This document shows positions 1-10,276 of a stretch of 64,000 nucleotides of DNA, piece after piece. Position 1 is the first letter of the stretch. Each line of letters starts with the position of its first letter. The DNA is taken from the IMG/VR virus record IMGVR_UViG_3300031251_000001, positions 150,230 to 214,229 of that record. One strand, given 5' to 3'. The notes below the pieces were generated by a model, which saw only the letters and a list, made by a program, of their open reading frames with translations, searched no databases and had not been told where the DNA came from. Made by a program: the position numbers and the translations under genes.

Positions 1-415
1 TCGCTGGCAGCGGCGTGGTGTTGCTGATCTCGATGGTGATCTTGCCTTCCCACTCCGGCTCGAGCGGGGTGACATTGACGATCAGGCCGCAGCGAGCATA
101 GGTACTCTTGCCGACACAGATCGCCAGGATGTCGCGAGGAATCTTGAACACCTCGAACGTCTCCCCCAGCACGAAGCTGTTGGGCGGGATGACGCAGGTG
201 TCACCCTCCATGCTCACGAACGACTTGGGGCTGAAGTTCTTCGGATCTACGATCTCGCCGTGGACGTTGGTGAAGACCTTGAACTTGTTACCCAACCTGG
301 CGTCGTAGCCATAGCTGGTTACACCGTACGAGATGACACCTTTTGACATCTGCTCTTTGATGAACGGTGTAATGCTGATCTCTTTCTCAATTTGCCAATC
401 TGCTAAGACGCCGAT
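1..415 (-). CDS. dcd: dCTP deaminase (3' end outside window; apparent ATC start)
   Basis: Manual translation: (I)[17 protein letters not shown]...[15 protein letters not shown]...IPPNSFVLG...[37 protein letters not shown]. These are canonical Dcd motifs. Absent from the ORF track. Confidence 0.95.
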   Translation of the reverse strand, partial: MGVLADWQIEKEISITPFIKEQMSKGVISYGVTSYGYDARLGNKFKVFTNVHGEIVDPKNFSPKSFVSMEGDTCVIPPNSFVLGETFEVFKIPRDILAICVGKSTYARCGLIVNVTPLEPEWEGKITIEISNTTPLPA

Positions 416-582
416 GGGGCACCTCCTTGGTGTTAAATTGTGGTACTCAAACTACGGACCGTGAAAATCGTTCTGGGTCATGCTATGAAACCAGGAAGCC
501 AGCCAGATGCTGAACAGGTAAAAAGCAATCCCAATCACGGTGAAAAGAATATCCAGTTTGCGTGAGATCATAAAGCCCTCTG

Positions 583-903
583 TTAGACATTGATTCCGCA
601 GCCCACGTCCTTCCGGCAGACAGCACACTTCTTCACGTGCTTGCGGACACACTTCTTACAGAACGATCCGCAGTAGGTGGACTGCACGTCCTTGGTGCTG
701 CTGCACTCTGAACAGGTCGGCTCCTCTTTCACGATATAGCACAGTGCTCCACACGCGGGGCACTCCCCCGCCGGTACCTCGCCGCCGACATCAACCCGTT
801 GTGACAAGTCCTGGATGTCTTTGAGCTTGGCACCGGTATGGATCTTGCCGCAGTTGTCGCACTGGTACTTCTTGCCTGGTTCGACATCTTTTGGTGTTGT
901 CAT
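583..903 (-). CDS. small Cys-rich Zn-binding protein
   Basis: Multiple CxxC pairs; GGAG RBS. Confidence 0.65.
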   Translation of the reverse strand: MTTPKDVEPGKKYQCDNCGKIHTGAKLKDIQDLSQRVDVGGEVPAGECPACGALCYIVKEEPTCSECSSTKDVQSTYCGSFCKKCVRKHVKKCAVCRKDVGCGINV

Positions 904-911
904 GATGCTCC

Positions 912-1397
912 CTAGATGTAGTGGTTACCACGCAGGTGGTCACAGAGTTTCTCGACCACAGCGTCATACCACTCCTCGCGGGTGTCGTAGTCGGCTTCGT
1001 CGGTGTTGAGACCGCTGAGGTCATCGCCATAGCGGTAGTAGAGGTGCTTGGCCTCCAGGATCTCCTGACGGGCGTCGACTGATCGCACGTGCTGGTAGAC
1101 CACTGAATCTGCATCCGTGGTTCCCTCGTACTCCTGGAAGAGCCTGTCCTGCTGCTCAGGGTCAAGGTCATGGCCCTGTTCAGTGAGGAAGAGCGTGGTG
1201 TAGAGGTAGTTGAGTTCGTACGAGGGAGTGACCTCAGCGCAGTTCACGTGGCGGTTGTAGTCATAGACATACACCGCCACGACCTTCTCGATGAAGGGCT
1301 TATCCACGCTGGGGAAACTGTAGTATTCGGTTTGATCCAGCCCGATCACGCGGAAGTCGGGACGGACTTCGACCGTTGGTCGCGTCGCGTCGTTCAT
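912..1397 (-). CDS. hypothetical acidic protein
   Basis: GGAGAGAGG upstream; tiles with neighbouring ORFs. Confidence 0.65.
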   Translation of the reverse strand: MNDATRPTVEVRPDFRVIGLDQTEYYSFPSVDKPFIEKVVAVYVYDYNRHVNCAEVTPSYELNYLYTTLFLTEQGHDLDPEQQDRLFQEYEGTTDADSVVYQHVRSVDARQEILEAKHLYYRYGDDLSGLNTDEADYDTREEWYDAVVEKLCDHLRGNHYI

Positions 1398-1696
1398 AGC
1401 CTCTCTCCGTGATGATGTGAGTTTTCGAGATGTGAGCGTAGTAAGAAGGCCAGTCGACGAAGATGCCGACGCTGGCCAGCTTGTCTGCCGGCATCATGAG
1501 CATGTCGCCGGTGTTGGTGTGATAGCCAGGGAAGATGTGCTCTCGGTGCAGCTCGCCGACTTGTTCCCATTCGGCCCGCTCACCGCGGATGCGGGTGATG
1601 CGGATCACCTGGAAGATGTGCGATTTGGCCGTGCTGGGTGTCGGGTCGTGGTTCATGCTGACGTTGTCAACAAAGAGGATCTGGCCGACGACCAGG

Positions 1697-2116
1697 TCAG
1701 GCTTCGTTGGTGTAGGAGGCAGCGTCAATACGCTGCCCGTAGGCCTCCTCGAACTTTTCTCGTTGGTTGATATCGAAAAGTTTTTCATCGAAGTCCCAGT
1801 CCTCGCAAGGGGCGGAGAAGGTGTCAACGCTCAGGTTGTGTATGTCCGCTTTCCGTAGCAGCTCTCTAAAATCGTGACCGACCTGCATCCCGCATTCGGC
1901 TAAGTTGCCGAGGTCGCCGAGGTTGAATTGCTCATTGGATTCCATGTAGCAATCGTAGCCCTCTTCCGTGAGAAACCACTCGTTGAAGATCTCGATCAGC
2001 GTAACCTTGAGAACGTCACCTGCGGTGATCTTATCGGAATCCCAAGTGACGGTAGCGTACGCCATGTCACCAGCTTCCGAGTTCTTGCTGGTGACGTTGA
2101 TGGTGTGTCGTTTCAT
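1697..2116 (-). CDS. hypothetical protein
   Basis: Minus-strand tiling; ATGA overlap with the upstream ORF. Confidence 0.6.
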   Translation of the reverse strand: MKRHTINVTSKNSEAGDMAYATVTWDSDKITAGDVLKVTLIEIFNEWFLTEEGYDCYMESNEQFNLGDLGNLAECGMQVGHDFRELLRKADIHNLSVDTFSAPCEDWDFDEKLFDINQREKFEEAYGQRIDAASYTNEA

Positions 2117-2629
2117 GGTTTAGCCTTTTGCTGGAGATAGCCACATTTACAGTGGCCATTGAACAGATCGATGCTAGGGCAAGTACACGTCGTCTTGGGT
2201 AGCGACTTGATTGTGATGCCCGGCAACGGTATTGGCTGCAGTGGGGTAGGTGTCAGATTGATAGACACGTTGAGTTGCGGTGCGGCGGGCGGGTTGGCCG
2301 GTGGTGCTTTTGTTGAGTTGGGGTTCTTCTTCACCAGGGTGCAATTCTTGACTGGTGCACAGCGAGAAATCACAACCGTTTTAGCTCCGCCCCCGAATGT
2401 GGATTGGCTGGTCGAAGCGTCGTACCAGATGACATCATCGCAGCTGATACTTCCTTGGTTGAGAAATCCCTTAAAATCCTTAGTCATCCCGGTGACGATG
2501 ATCGAGTGACCGACCGCAGGAGTAGCTACCTCATCACCAATCTCGACATCTTCTAAAAGCATTTCAGTCTCCTTAAACGAAAGCAGGGAGTGGTATATCC
2601 ACTCCCTGGGCAAGACACAAGAGTCGATG

Positions 2630-2941
2630 CTAGGCCATCAAGCTGGGCAAAATCTTCAGAGTGCGAATGAGGCCACGTCGCATGACTGCTCCACCGCCGT
2701 CCCGGATCTCCAGTTGGATCTTGTAGTCTCCCGGAGTCGGGAAGGGGTTGTAGATGGTGAGGAAGTCAGCGGAACTGACCGAACCGGACACCTGGAGGCC
2801 ATTGATCACCACGATATCGACGTTAACGTCCGGTGACACAACGACCAGCTTGGCTGAGTAACCAGGCGTCACCCAGTCCAGCTTGATCCTGACGAAGCGG
2901 ATTCGACGACCACGTTCACCAGCGTAAATCGGTTGTGCCAT
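2630..2941 (-). CDS. putative virion structural protein (small beta-rich)
   Basis: Last gene of the structural cluster; AAGGAG RBS. Confidence 0.5.
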   Translation of the reverse strand: MAQPIYAGERGRRIRFVRIKLDWVTPGYSAKLVVVSPDVNVDIVVINGLQVSGSVSSADFLTIYNPFPTPGDYKIQLEIRDGGGAVMRRGLIRTLKILPSLMA

Positions 2942-2951
2942 CGCTCACTCC

Positions 2952-4145
2952 TTACTCGTCCACCAGGGTGTAAAGCTCATCCATGCCGGCGTCGAGTATG
3001 GTGATCTCTTTGTCTTGATCGCTACCCATCCCGGCGTCCATTTCGTACATCTCGTCCATGTAATAATTACTGATGTAGTACCCCCATTCGATGGGTTCTT
3101 CTATCTCCACTGTATCATCGTCCACCCGCACGGTGACCCAGTTAACACTGGTGCCGGCAAGCTGAACGTGCGAAGTACCCAAGAAGAGCACCTTCGTGTG
3201 CAGGAGCCCGATGGCCTCTCCCTGCAGCTGTACCGCGCCGACGGCTGCTACCAGGTGACGATGGAACAGAAGGCTAGCCGGCTGTCCAGCAGCCAAAGTT
3301 GATGACACGCCGGCATAGAGTTGCCGTTGAAACAGTAACGTCGCCGCGTGTCCTGTGGCCGATACCGAGGACGCACTCAGTGAGAAGACGCGTACCTTAC
3401 CCAGCCACACTGGTAGGCCAGCAGCGATGACCTGAGAAGCACCCATGTGCAACTGGCGCGAGATGCGCATCCCCAGCGTGCCGCCGTGCAGCACAACGGA
3501 AGAGGCACCCAAACGTAGGACCTTGAGATCGACAAAGGCGAGGTCCTCACCTGCCAGAACCGTATTCTCTCCAGCCAGGTGGAAATAGCGGGTGTAGGGC
3601 ATGCGCAGCCCTTGCCCCTGAGCTGTCAGCGACGAGACACCACAATGCAGCACGCGACTATGGAAGAGGTTAGCACCCTGCCCGGTGAGTGACACAGCGC
3701 CAATACCGGCGTACAGTCGACGGCGATGGAAGAGGCCGGCACTGACGCCACTGACGGTCGCTTGACCGGTGGCCACCTTCAGTAATCGATTGTGCTTGAG
3801 GAATGCTCCTATGCCGGCCAGCGTAGTGGCGGAGACCCCCAGGGTGAGGCGTCGGTCATGGAAGAGTGAGACAGACTGGCCTGTCAGGCTGACGCTGCCA
3901 GCGGCCATCTGTAGCCGCCTGGTCAACGTGAGCGTGGTGCCGAGGCCTGCGAGCGTGACTGCGCCGGTACCGGCTAGGATCTTACGTGTGACGCTGGCGG
4001 TGACACCCTGTCCAGCGAGCTGGACGGCTCCTGTTCCGGCATAGAGATGTGACTGTTTGAGCAGATTCACGCCGTTGCCGGCAGTGACCACGCTGCCGCC
4101 TTGCAGCGGCGTGGTCTCACCAGCTAAAGCTAAAAGAAGGCCCAT
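2952..4145 (-). CDS. repetitive beta-strand structural protein (about 30-aa repeats)
   Basis: Recurring L.AG.GAV.L.GQ...L...R.L units; probable start MGLLLALAG after AAGGAG. Confidence 0.7.
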   Translation of the reverse strand: MGLLLALAGETTPLQGGSVVTAGNGVNLLKQSHLYAGTGAVQLAGQGVTASVTRKILAGTGAVTLAGLGTTLTLTRRLQMAAGSVSLTGQSVSLFHDRRLTLGVSATTLAGIGAFLKHNRLLKVATGQATVSGVSAGLFHRRRLYAGIGAVSLTGQGANLFHSRVLHCGVSSLTAQGQGLRMPYTRYFHLAGENTVLAGEDLAFVDLKVLRLGASSVVLHGGTLGMRISRQLHMGASQVIAAGLPVWLGKVRVFSLSASSVSATGHAATLLFQRQLYAGVSSTLAAGQPASLLFHRHLVAAVGAVQLQGEAIGLLHTKVLFLGTSHVQLAGTSVNWVTVRVDDDTVEIEEPIEWGYYISNYYMDEMYEMDAGMGSDQDKEITILDAGMDELYTLVDE

Positions 4146-4155
4146 GCCGGCTCCT

Positions 4156-5655
4156 TTACATGAAGAAGCCGCGAACCGCCACTGAACCTTGGATGACCTG
4201 TGAGGCAGTAGCGGTGCCAACCGGCATACGCAGGATGACCGCGAAGTTCTTACCGGCGAAGGTGGGTATGGGGGTCTCGAAGGAGACGTTGATGTCAGGA
4301 GCATTGGCACCGATAGCGGCACCGACAGGAAGCTGGTGCGTGCCGAATGCAGTACGCAGGTGAGCACCCGTCGACAAATTGGCCGAGGCACCGTTATGGC
4401 CCAGGCCCCAGAACAGAAGGCTGGGTGTGGTGGCCACGATGGCACCGGTATTCCAGCAGGTGGCATAAACGCCGGTACACATGAAGGTGTAGGGCGAGGG
4501 CACGGTGAAGCCAAAGAGCACGTAATCGGTGGCGGCACCGGCAACCGCAGCGAAGGAGTAGAGACCGTCCTTGGTGGTGTAACCGGCGACGGTGTTGGAC
4601 AGGGTCGCATTGGCGGGAGCGGCGGAATTGGCGAAGGTCGACGTCTGGGTGTAAGCGGTCGGGCTCATGTGCCCACCCTGACCCAGGAGCGGCATGTGGT
4701 AGGCCAACGGCATGTTGATGGCCCAGTCCTTGCAGCTGACGACCACGTCACCGATGACTGTCTGCTGTGCTGTCAGGGTTGCTGAGGCATTGCAGTTGCG
4801 GAAGAAGACCGGGATGTGGGTGACGGCGTTGAACTTGGCGGCAGTGTAAGGTACACGATAAGTAGCGTAGGCAATGATTGCCCCGGTGGTGGCATCCTGA
4901 ATCTGGAAGTCAGCCCGGTCGTCGCTCATGATGATGTCAAAGACATAGAAGCGACCGTTCACCAGCAAGTTGCCGGCGGCACCTGAGCTGTTATCCGCTG
5001 GACCATTGAGAGTAAGAGCGATTTCTGTTTCACCGACTGAATTGAAATTAACGACGGCGACCACTGTCTGATTGCTCTTCTCGCGGAAGTAAGCACCGTT
5101 GGGAATGGCACCCGTGCTGATGGCCGTCGCCGGGATACCAAAGCCAAAGTCGGTCTGACCGTTGGCGTAACTGGTGATCTGCAGACGAGCACGGAAATGC
5201 AGTGGCCCGAAAGCGATCTTGGAAAACATCTGCTGACTGACGATCATGGCACCCGTGGCGGTGGTCAGCGTCGAGTTGGCGTTCAGCGTGATGCCGGTAG
5301 CAGCCTGCGTGACAGTCTGCGTTGTAACCGTGTTGGTCCAGATCTGGGAGTTCTGGGTAGCGCCTTCGATGTTGTCACGGAAGACGATGTTCTCCAGGGC
5401 CTGCCTGGAATTACCCAGGCGATCGACGCGGAGCGAAGCCAACCATGACTCGTCGGCATAACCGCCGATGGGAATCGCGATCGGCCCGCTGGCTCCGACC
5501 GGGGAGCGACTGACACGGGGAATAGGCCGACCCAGGTGGTCTACCAGGATGGAGTCGAGCAGGCCGTACGTGCTGCTCTGCTGGAAGTCAGCCCCGGCGT
5601 TGTTGGGGCGTCCTGCCATCTGCAGATTACCGGCACCGACTTGTACTCCGAACAT
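4156..5655 (-). CDS. putative tail/tail-fibre-associated protein
   Basis: 499 aa, Thr/Ala/Gly- and beta-rich; AGGAG RBS; structural-gene context. Confidence 0.6.
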   Translation of the reverse strand: MFGVQVGAGNLQMAGRPNNAGADFQQSSTYGLLDSILVDHLGRPIPRVSRSPVGASGPIAIPIGGYADESWLASLRVDRLGNSRQALENIVFRDNIEGATQNSQIWTNTVTTQTVTQAATGITLNANSTLTTATGAMIVSQQMFSKIAFGPLHFRARLQITSYANGQTDFGFGIPATAISTGAIPNGAYFREKSNQTVVAVVNFNSVGETEIALTLNGPADNSSGAAGNLLVNGRFYVFDIIMSDDRADFQIQDATTGAIIAYATYRVPYTAAKFNAVTHIPVFFRNCNASATLTAQQTVIGDVVVSCKDWAINMPLAYHMPLLGQGGHMSPTAYTQTSTFANSAAPANATLSNTVAGYTTKDGLYSFAAVAGAATDYVLFGFTVPSPYTFMCTGVYATCWNTGAIVATTPSLLFWGLGHNGASANLSTGAHLRTAFGTHQLPVGAAIGANAPDINVSFETPIPTFAGKNFAVILRMPVGTATASQVIQGSVAVRGFFM

Positions 5656-5664
5656 GCGTGACTC

Positions 5665-5955
5665 CTATGCCCAGGCCCAGGCGACGTTCCACACTCCCGT
5701 CAGAGGAATCGTCGAAATTGCTTGAATGGTGAAGCCGTTGTTGGCGATCACCGAGGATCGGGGTACCCAGACGGTCAGGGCACCTTCCGATTTGAGGACA
5801 GCATGCCCGTCCTCGGTATTGTTGCTTGTTGCCTTGGGGGCGATCCAGCAGTCCACACGGCTGTCAGCCGCGATGTTCTGACCGGTGATGGCCAGGCTCG
5901 CGGCCTGCGTGGGGGATGACCCAAAATCGATAAGTGCTTCACCGCTGGCGGCCAT
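5665..5955 (-). CDS. putative virion structural protein
   Basis: Within the structural cluster. Confidence 0.55.
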   Translation of the reverse strand: MAASGEALIDFGSSPTQAASLAITGQNIAADSRVDCWIAPKATSNNTEDGHAVLKSEGALTVWVPRSSVIANNGFTIQAISTIPLTGVWNVAWAWA

Positions 5956-5963
5956 AAGGTCCC

Positions 5964-6401
5964 TTAGCTGGCGGTGACAGTGAGAACGCCATTGGTATCG
6001 TCAAAATCGAGGGAGAGGTTTTCCCCGTCGTTGAGGGTCTGTGACGATCCATAATCCCAGAAGCCGCACAAGATCTTGTTGGTCGAGGTGTCGTCGTAGA
6101 GGACAGCGTACCGAAACGGTCCGATAGCTCCGCCCGACGCGGTCAGCAGGTAATCGGCCAGCTTGGTGGTCCAGACGTTGGACGCCAGAGCTGCAGCCGA
6201 AATGGTCATCGCCGGCCCACCAGCGGAGTAACCAAACCCGGCCGAGATGTCGGTGAGATCCGATTTCTGGGTATGCGTAGCAGGGTTGGGTGCTGAGTTC
6301 GTCAGCATTACCTTGAAGGTATCAGCGCTCAGATCGAGCTGCTTGGTTGCCAGAGCCTGGGCGTAGTAGTTGAACTTCTGGAACGACTTGGGGGTGGGCA
6401 T
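5964..6401 (-). CDS. conserved phage tail-associated protein
   Basis: DLSADTFKVML...GYSAGG...GPFRYAVLYDDT...DYGSS pattern typical of phage tail-region proteins. Confidence 0.7.
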   Translation of the reverse strand: MPTPKSFQKFNYYAQALATKQLDLSADTFKVMLTNSAPNPATHTQKSDLTDISAGFGYSAGGPAMTISAAALASNVWTTKLADYLLTASGGAIGPFRYAVLYDDTSTNKILCGFWDYGSSQTLNDGENLSLDFDDTNGVLTVTAS

Positions 6402-6625
6402 GCTGGCTTCCTGCCGTATTAGGTGGTCTTGTCAGCAGGGACAAACTCACCCGCGTACACAGCCTGGTGACCAGACCTGATGTAGCGGCTTCCTGGATGA
6501 TCCTTATCCAGGATTGCACCTTCGGGGGACACGATGATGTCAGCGGTATCCGCAGGCCATTCGACCTGAAGACCGCCATGTGTTCCACCTGACAGCACAA
6601 TAGTCATAACCTGCCTCCAGTTCTG

Positions 6626-6634
6626 ATAGTAACA
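6626..6634 (-). promoter_or_regulatory. extended -10 element TGTTACTAT
   Basis: TGnTAnnnT just upstream of a GGAGG RBS. Confidence 0.4.
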
Positions 6635-6960
6635 CAAACGGCAGGCTAGTTGTCTAGCCTGCCGCACTTACCTGACCCTGCTCTTTATTTTGTGACGATC
6701 TGCTTATCGCCATCGAGCTTCTTTTTGATGGCGTCGGTGAGACTGGCCACCTTGCCGTTGGCCCACAACGCGATCGACTTGAGGGTGCTCTCAGCATCTT
6801 CCAGGGACATGCCGACAATGTGATTCTCGGTCGAGGTGACCACAGAATCAACGGCCCGATGCGATAACTCTTTGTTGGCTTCCGACACGTTCGCGAGCGG
6901 AGCCTTGTGCGATGGTTCCATTACTGGGACCTCCTTGGTTAGGTGATGGCGATTGTAGCG

Positions 6961-7290
6961 TTAGACGAGAGCGGAGTCGAGATGCTTGTCACGGTAACCG
7001 GCTGGGTCTTTGACGAACGCCATGGCCCAGTGATAAGTAAAGTTCACCAGCCAATCGCGGCCGGCGAACCTCGTAGTCTCGAACTTGATCCGCATCTCAG
7101 GTTGATTGGCGTGGACCCATCTGGCCCGCTTGTCACAGTGGGCCTGGAACCAACGGATGTCACGCATGCAGAGCGTAGCTTGGTCATTTGGCCCGAGCGC
7201 TTTTCTGACGCGAGCCAGGGCGCCGACGGCGATCACCTTGGGGAGGAGATTGGTCTTTTCCCGGAACTCCCGACTTGGTGTTGGTTTCAT
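6961..7290 (-). CDS. hypothetical protein
   Basis: GGAGG RBS. Confidence 0.6.
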   Translation of the reverse strand: MKPTPSREFREKTNLLPKVIAVGALARVRKALGPNDQATLCMRDIRWFQAHCDKRARWVHANQPEMRIKFETTRFAGRDWLVNFTYHWAMAFVKDPAGYRDKHLDSALV

Positions 7291-7315
7291 GAAGTTCCTC
7301 CAGTTCGTACAATGG

Positions 7316-7350
7316 CGAAAGCCAAGGCGGTTCTAGTCGCCCTGGCTTTC
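7316..7350. terminator. hairpin between divergent genes
   Basis: GAAAGCCA.GGCG / CGCC.TGGCTTTC inverted repeat. Confidence 0.4.
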
Positions 7351-7379
7351 TAACTCAGCACCCTTTAGGAGAGGATGCC

Positions 7380-7910
7380 ATGTCTGCTAGACGTTATCCG
7401 TCTGCTCGTTATCTTCGTCAATGCTTCAAATACAAAAATGGAAAACTCTTCTGGCGGGAACGTCCGTTAGCCCACTTCACTAAGCAGAATCTGCACCGAA
7501 GATGGAACAGTAGATACGCTGGTAAAGAAGCCGGATCCTTGAGCACGATAGGCAGATACGTGATCGGCTTAGACGGTCGACGCTACTATCGTTACCGTTT
7601 GGTATGGGCTTTGTTTCGAGATGAATGGCCACCTAGACTTGATCACAAAAACAGAAACTCTTACAGCGACAGTCTCAGCAATTTAAGAGTAGCCACCCAC
7701 AAGCAAAACCTTTGCAACCGAGGAAAAAGTAAAAACAACACCTCCGGATACAAAGGCGTCTGCTGGGACAAAGAAAACGATAAGTGGATAGCTCAGATCA
7801 GAAGCGACGGTCGAAACTTCAATCTGGGAAGATTCTCCACGATCACTGCTGCGCGCGATGCCTACGTGAAAGCAGCAAAACACATGCACGGTAAGTTTGC
7901 GTGTGTCTAG
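7380..7910 (+). CDS. HNH homing endonuclease with C-terminal AP2 domain
   Basis: LDHKNRNSYSDSLSNLR (HNH_3-like) plus NNTSGYKGVCW...KWIAQI...LGRF...AA..Y (AP2). Opposite strand and more AT-rich than the flanks. Confidence 0.9.
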   Translation: MSARRYPSARYLRQCFKYKNGKLFWRERPLAHFTKQNLHRRWNSRYAGKEAGSLSTIGRYVIGLDGRRYYRYRLVWALFRDEWPPRLDHKNRNSYSDSLSNLRVATHKQNLCNRGKSKNNTSGYKGVCWDKENDKWIAQIRSDGRNFNLGRFSTITAARDAYVKAAKHMHGKFACV

Positions 7911-7915
7911 GTCGG

Positions 7916-8230
7916 CTACAGACTATAAAAGGCCATCCATCGCCTGGTGACGTCGGATGGTCGATCGCGGTGCATCTCCTGGACGTAGGTGGCACCGTGG
8001 GTGGTCAGCGGGTTCTCGAAGAACTTGCCGACCCACCAGGGCTTCTTGGTCTCACTCCAGTTCTCGCGGTCCTTGCAGCTGTCACCGCAACCGCAGTGGC
8101 TGGGACTATCAGATTCCTGGTCAGAGTAGGGGCCGGCTGGAGCGATCAGTTTGTTACGTTTGGCCATGGCGTTTGCACACTTGGTGCAGTAGACATCACC
8201 GTCGATGATCCACGTGTCCGGACTGTTCAT
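7916..8230 (-). CDS. Cys-containing hypothetical protein
   Basis: Start MNSPDTW after GGAGG; CxxC motif. Confidence 0.6.
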   Translation of the reverse strand: MNSPDTWIIDGDVYCTKCANAMAKRNKLIAPAGPYSDQESDSPSHCGCGDSCKDRENWSETKKPWWVGKFFENPLTTHGATYVQEMHRDRPSDVTRRWMAFYSL

Positions 8231-8243
8231 GTTGCCTCCAACC

Positions 8244-8259
8244 CAAAATACGTATTTTG
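8244..8259. promoter_or_regulatory. 16-bp palindrome CAAAATACGTATTTTG, copy 1
   Basis: Exact, intergenic. Confidence 0.85.
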
Positions 8260-8261
8260 GA

Positions 8262-8783
8262 TTACTTGGTTTTCTTGGGACGGCCCCGCTTGGGTGACTC
8301 GACGAGCGACTTACGGACACCGTTGAGATAATTGGTGTTGAGTAGCTCATAGAGATCATGAGCAAGGCGGTCACTGGCAGCCACGCAGATCTTCTGCAGG
8401 ACACGACCGCCGTCATAGACGACTTCACCGGTCAGGGTGAGTTTATTGTCATTACCGTCGATCTTGAAGTCGTGCAGGTCGGCAAGACCGGGATTGAGCT
8501 GGTTCTCTTTCTCTGCGGCGAGAAGTACCACTCTGGATGCCGTGGCACAGCCGTCATGCCGAAAAGATTCGACGATGATCGCGGCAGCGTGCTCCTGCAG
8601 AGAGTTGAAATTGAAGTAGCGGTTCTTCTCTCGCTGTACCTTCCACTGAGCGATCAGCTCGACAGCCACTTCATCGACCACCGCAGAGATCAGATCAATC
8701 TTGTCGATGACCTCGGAGAATGTGGGAGCATTGGCCACCAACATACCGAGGCGAGCCGCGAGAGCAGAATGGGTAACTCGCAT
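8262..8783 (-). CDS. hypothetical protein
   Basis: Start MRVTHS after AAGGA. Confidence 0.6.
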   Translation of the reverse strand: MRVTHSALAARLGMLVANAPTFSEVIDKIDLISAVVDEVAVELIAQWKVQREKNRYFNFNSLQEHAAAIIVESFRHDGCATASRVVLLAAEKENQLNPGLADLHDFKIDGNDNKLTLTGEVVYDGGRVLQKICVAASDRLAHDLYELLNTNYLNGVRKSLVESPKRGRPKKTK

Positions 8784-8791
8784 AGTAGTCC

Positions 8792-9991
8792 TTATTCGTG
8801 AGCCAGGCGGAAGGCCTTGGCTTGGGGCATCTTGGGAACACCCTTGCGGGTGAGGCAGAAGTATTTCACGGTCAGCATCTGACCGATCCACTTCTTGCCT
8901 TCCTTGAGGTAGCGACGCTTGTCTTCGTTGTCACCAGGTGCAGTGACCGTGAAAGTTTTCTTTGGGTCGCCGGGCATCATGCACATGAAGATCGCTTTAT
9001 CAGCAAAGGTCGACTTACCGGGGCTGACGCCGATAACCTCGAACTCCTTCTCGATCCAGACCTTGCACTTGTAGAGACCTTTCGATCTCTTGCTGGGATG
9101 GTAAGGCAGATCGAGACGGAGCATACAGCCTTCCTGGTGGTCGGCGATACACTCGTCACGGAACTTGATCAGATCCTCGTGACTATTACACACGAAGGTC
9201 GGCGTGAACTTGATGGCTTCATTCGGGAACAGGTCCGTCAATCGGGCCAACTCGCTGAGACGCTTCTCAAGCGGCAGTTGCGGCAGACTGGGCGTATACA
9301 AGTCGTAGACGTGGTAGACCATTTTGGCCTGGAGGTCGGCCCGTTCCTGATTCTTGGCCTCGCCGCGAATGGTGCCCGAGAGTTCCTCGAAATCGGCATC
9401 GGGATCGAACAGCTCACCATCGACGAGGATGAGCTCCTCAAACCGCACGTTGCTCGACTTGCGGTAGGGCTGGAGGGCCTCGACGATGTGTGGCATGGTA
9501 GGAATAGGTTTACTACCGCGACTGAACAGCTTCACGCCATCCTTGGTGATGTGAGCCACACAGCGGTGACCGTCCCACTTGGGCTGCGTCCACTTCTTAC
9601 CGGGAGTGGCAAAGATCACCTCGGGTTTGAAGTCCTCATAGGTCTCAGCCAGCATGGGTTGCAGATCACGCTTCTCGGCGGACTCCTTCCCGGTAGCGTC
9701 CTGGCTGTAGCCCTTGCTGTCGAGCTTCTTCTGCCACTTGGACTGGGCCTCCGCCAGGGCCTGCTCGACTGCCGTCGTAGCGTTGGCCTTGCCCAGGTTC
9801 TTGCCTTCCTTGATGACGTTGCGCTCTTCACGCATCTTCCCGCCCTCACGCCCATACCGGGTCGTGATGACGCCGTAGTCACCCTCCTGGGTGACCGTCA
9901 GGGTCCAGATTACCGGGTCCCCCACCGAGGCCGCTTTGGTCAGCGGGGGCAGCTGGTGTGGGAGCTTGATCTTGGGAGCCGTCGTCGCCAT
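8792..9991 (-). CDS. ATP-dependent DNA ligase with N-terminal WGR-like domain
   Basis: QPKWDGHRC (motif I), LVDGELF (III), YHVYDL (IIIa), EGCMLR (IV), LYKCK (V), C-terminal OB fold; N-terminal W...TRYGREGGK. Confidence 0.93.
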   Translation of the reverse strand: MATTAPKIKLPHQLPPLTKAASVGDPVIWTLTVTQEGDYGVITTRYGREGGKMREERNVIKEGKNLGKANATTAVEQALAEAQSKWQKKLDSKGYSQDATGKESAEKRDLQPMLAETYEDFKPEVIFATPGKKWTQPKWDGHRCVAHITKDGVKLFSRGSKPIPTMPHIVEALQPYRKSSNVRFEELILVDGELFDPDADFEELSGTIRGEAKNQERADLQAKMVYHVYDLYTPSLPQLPLEKRLSELARLTDLFPNEAIKFTPTFVCNSHEDLIKFRDECIADHQEGCMLRLDLPYHPSKRSKGLYKCKVWIEKEFEVIGVSPGKSTFADKAIFMCMMPGDPKKTFTVTAPGDNEDKRRYLKEGKKWIGQMLTVKYFCLTRKGVPKMPQAKAFRLAHE

Positions 9992-10276
9992 GTGCCATGC
10001 CTCTGAAATCGAACAACTGGCCCAGGATAGGATGACTCATCATCATGGGGGCCAGCTTGCCCTTACGTGGTTTAACGTCCTGGAACCGGAGCTCGGCCAG
10101 GCGTGAGAGTTCGTTGACGACACTCAGGATGAGCGTCGACATCATGTCGGGATCACTCGCAATGGAGGGATCAATGGTTAAGTCGAGAAGGCTGAACGGG
10201 GCGACCGCCGCCTTACCACTGACAAGCCCGGTGGGGTGTTTGTATTCCACCGGGCCGATGACGGACGACATAGGGT

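Noticed and set aside
8798-10006. 402-aa plus-strand ORF
   Set aside because: Antisense shadow of the DNA ligase, with no motifs. The same applies to 39884-40717, 40790-42004, 48077-49078 and 62231-62908.
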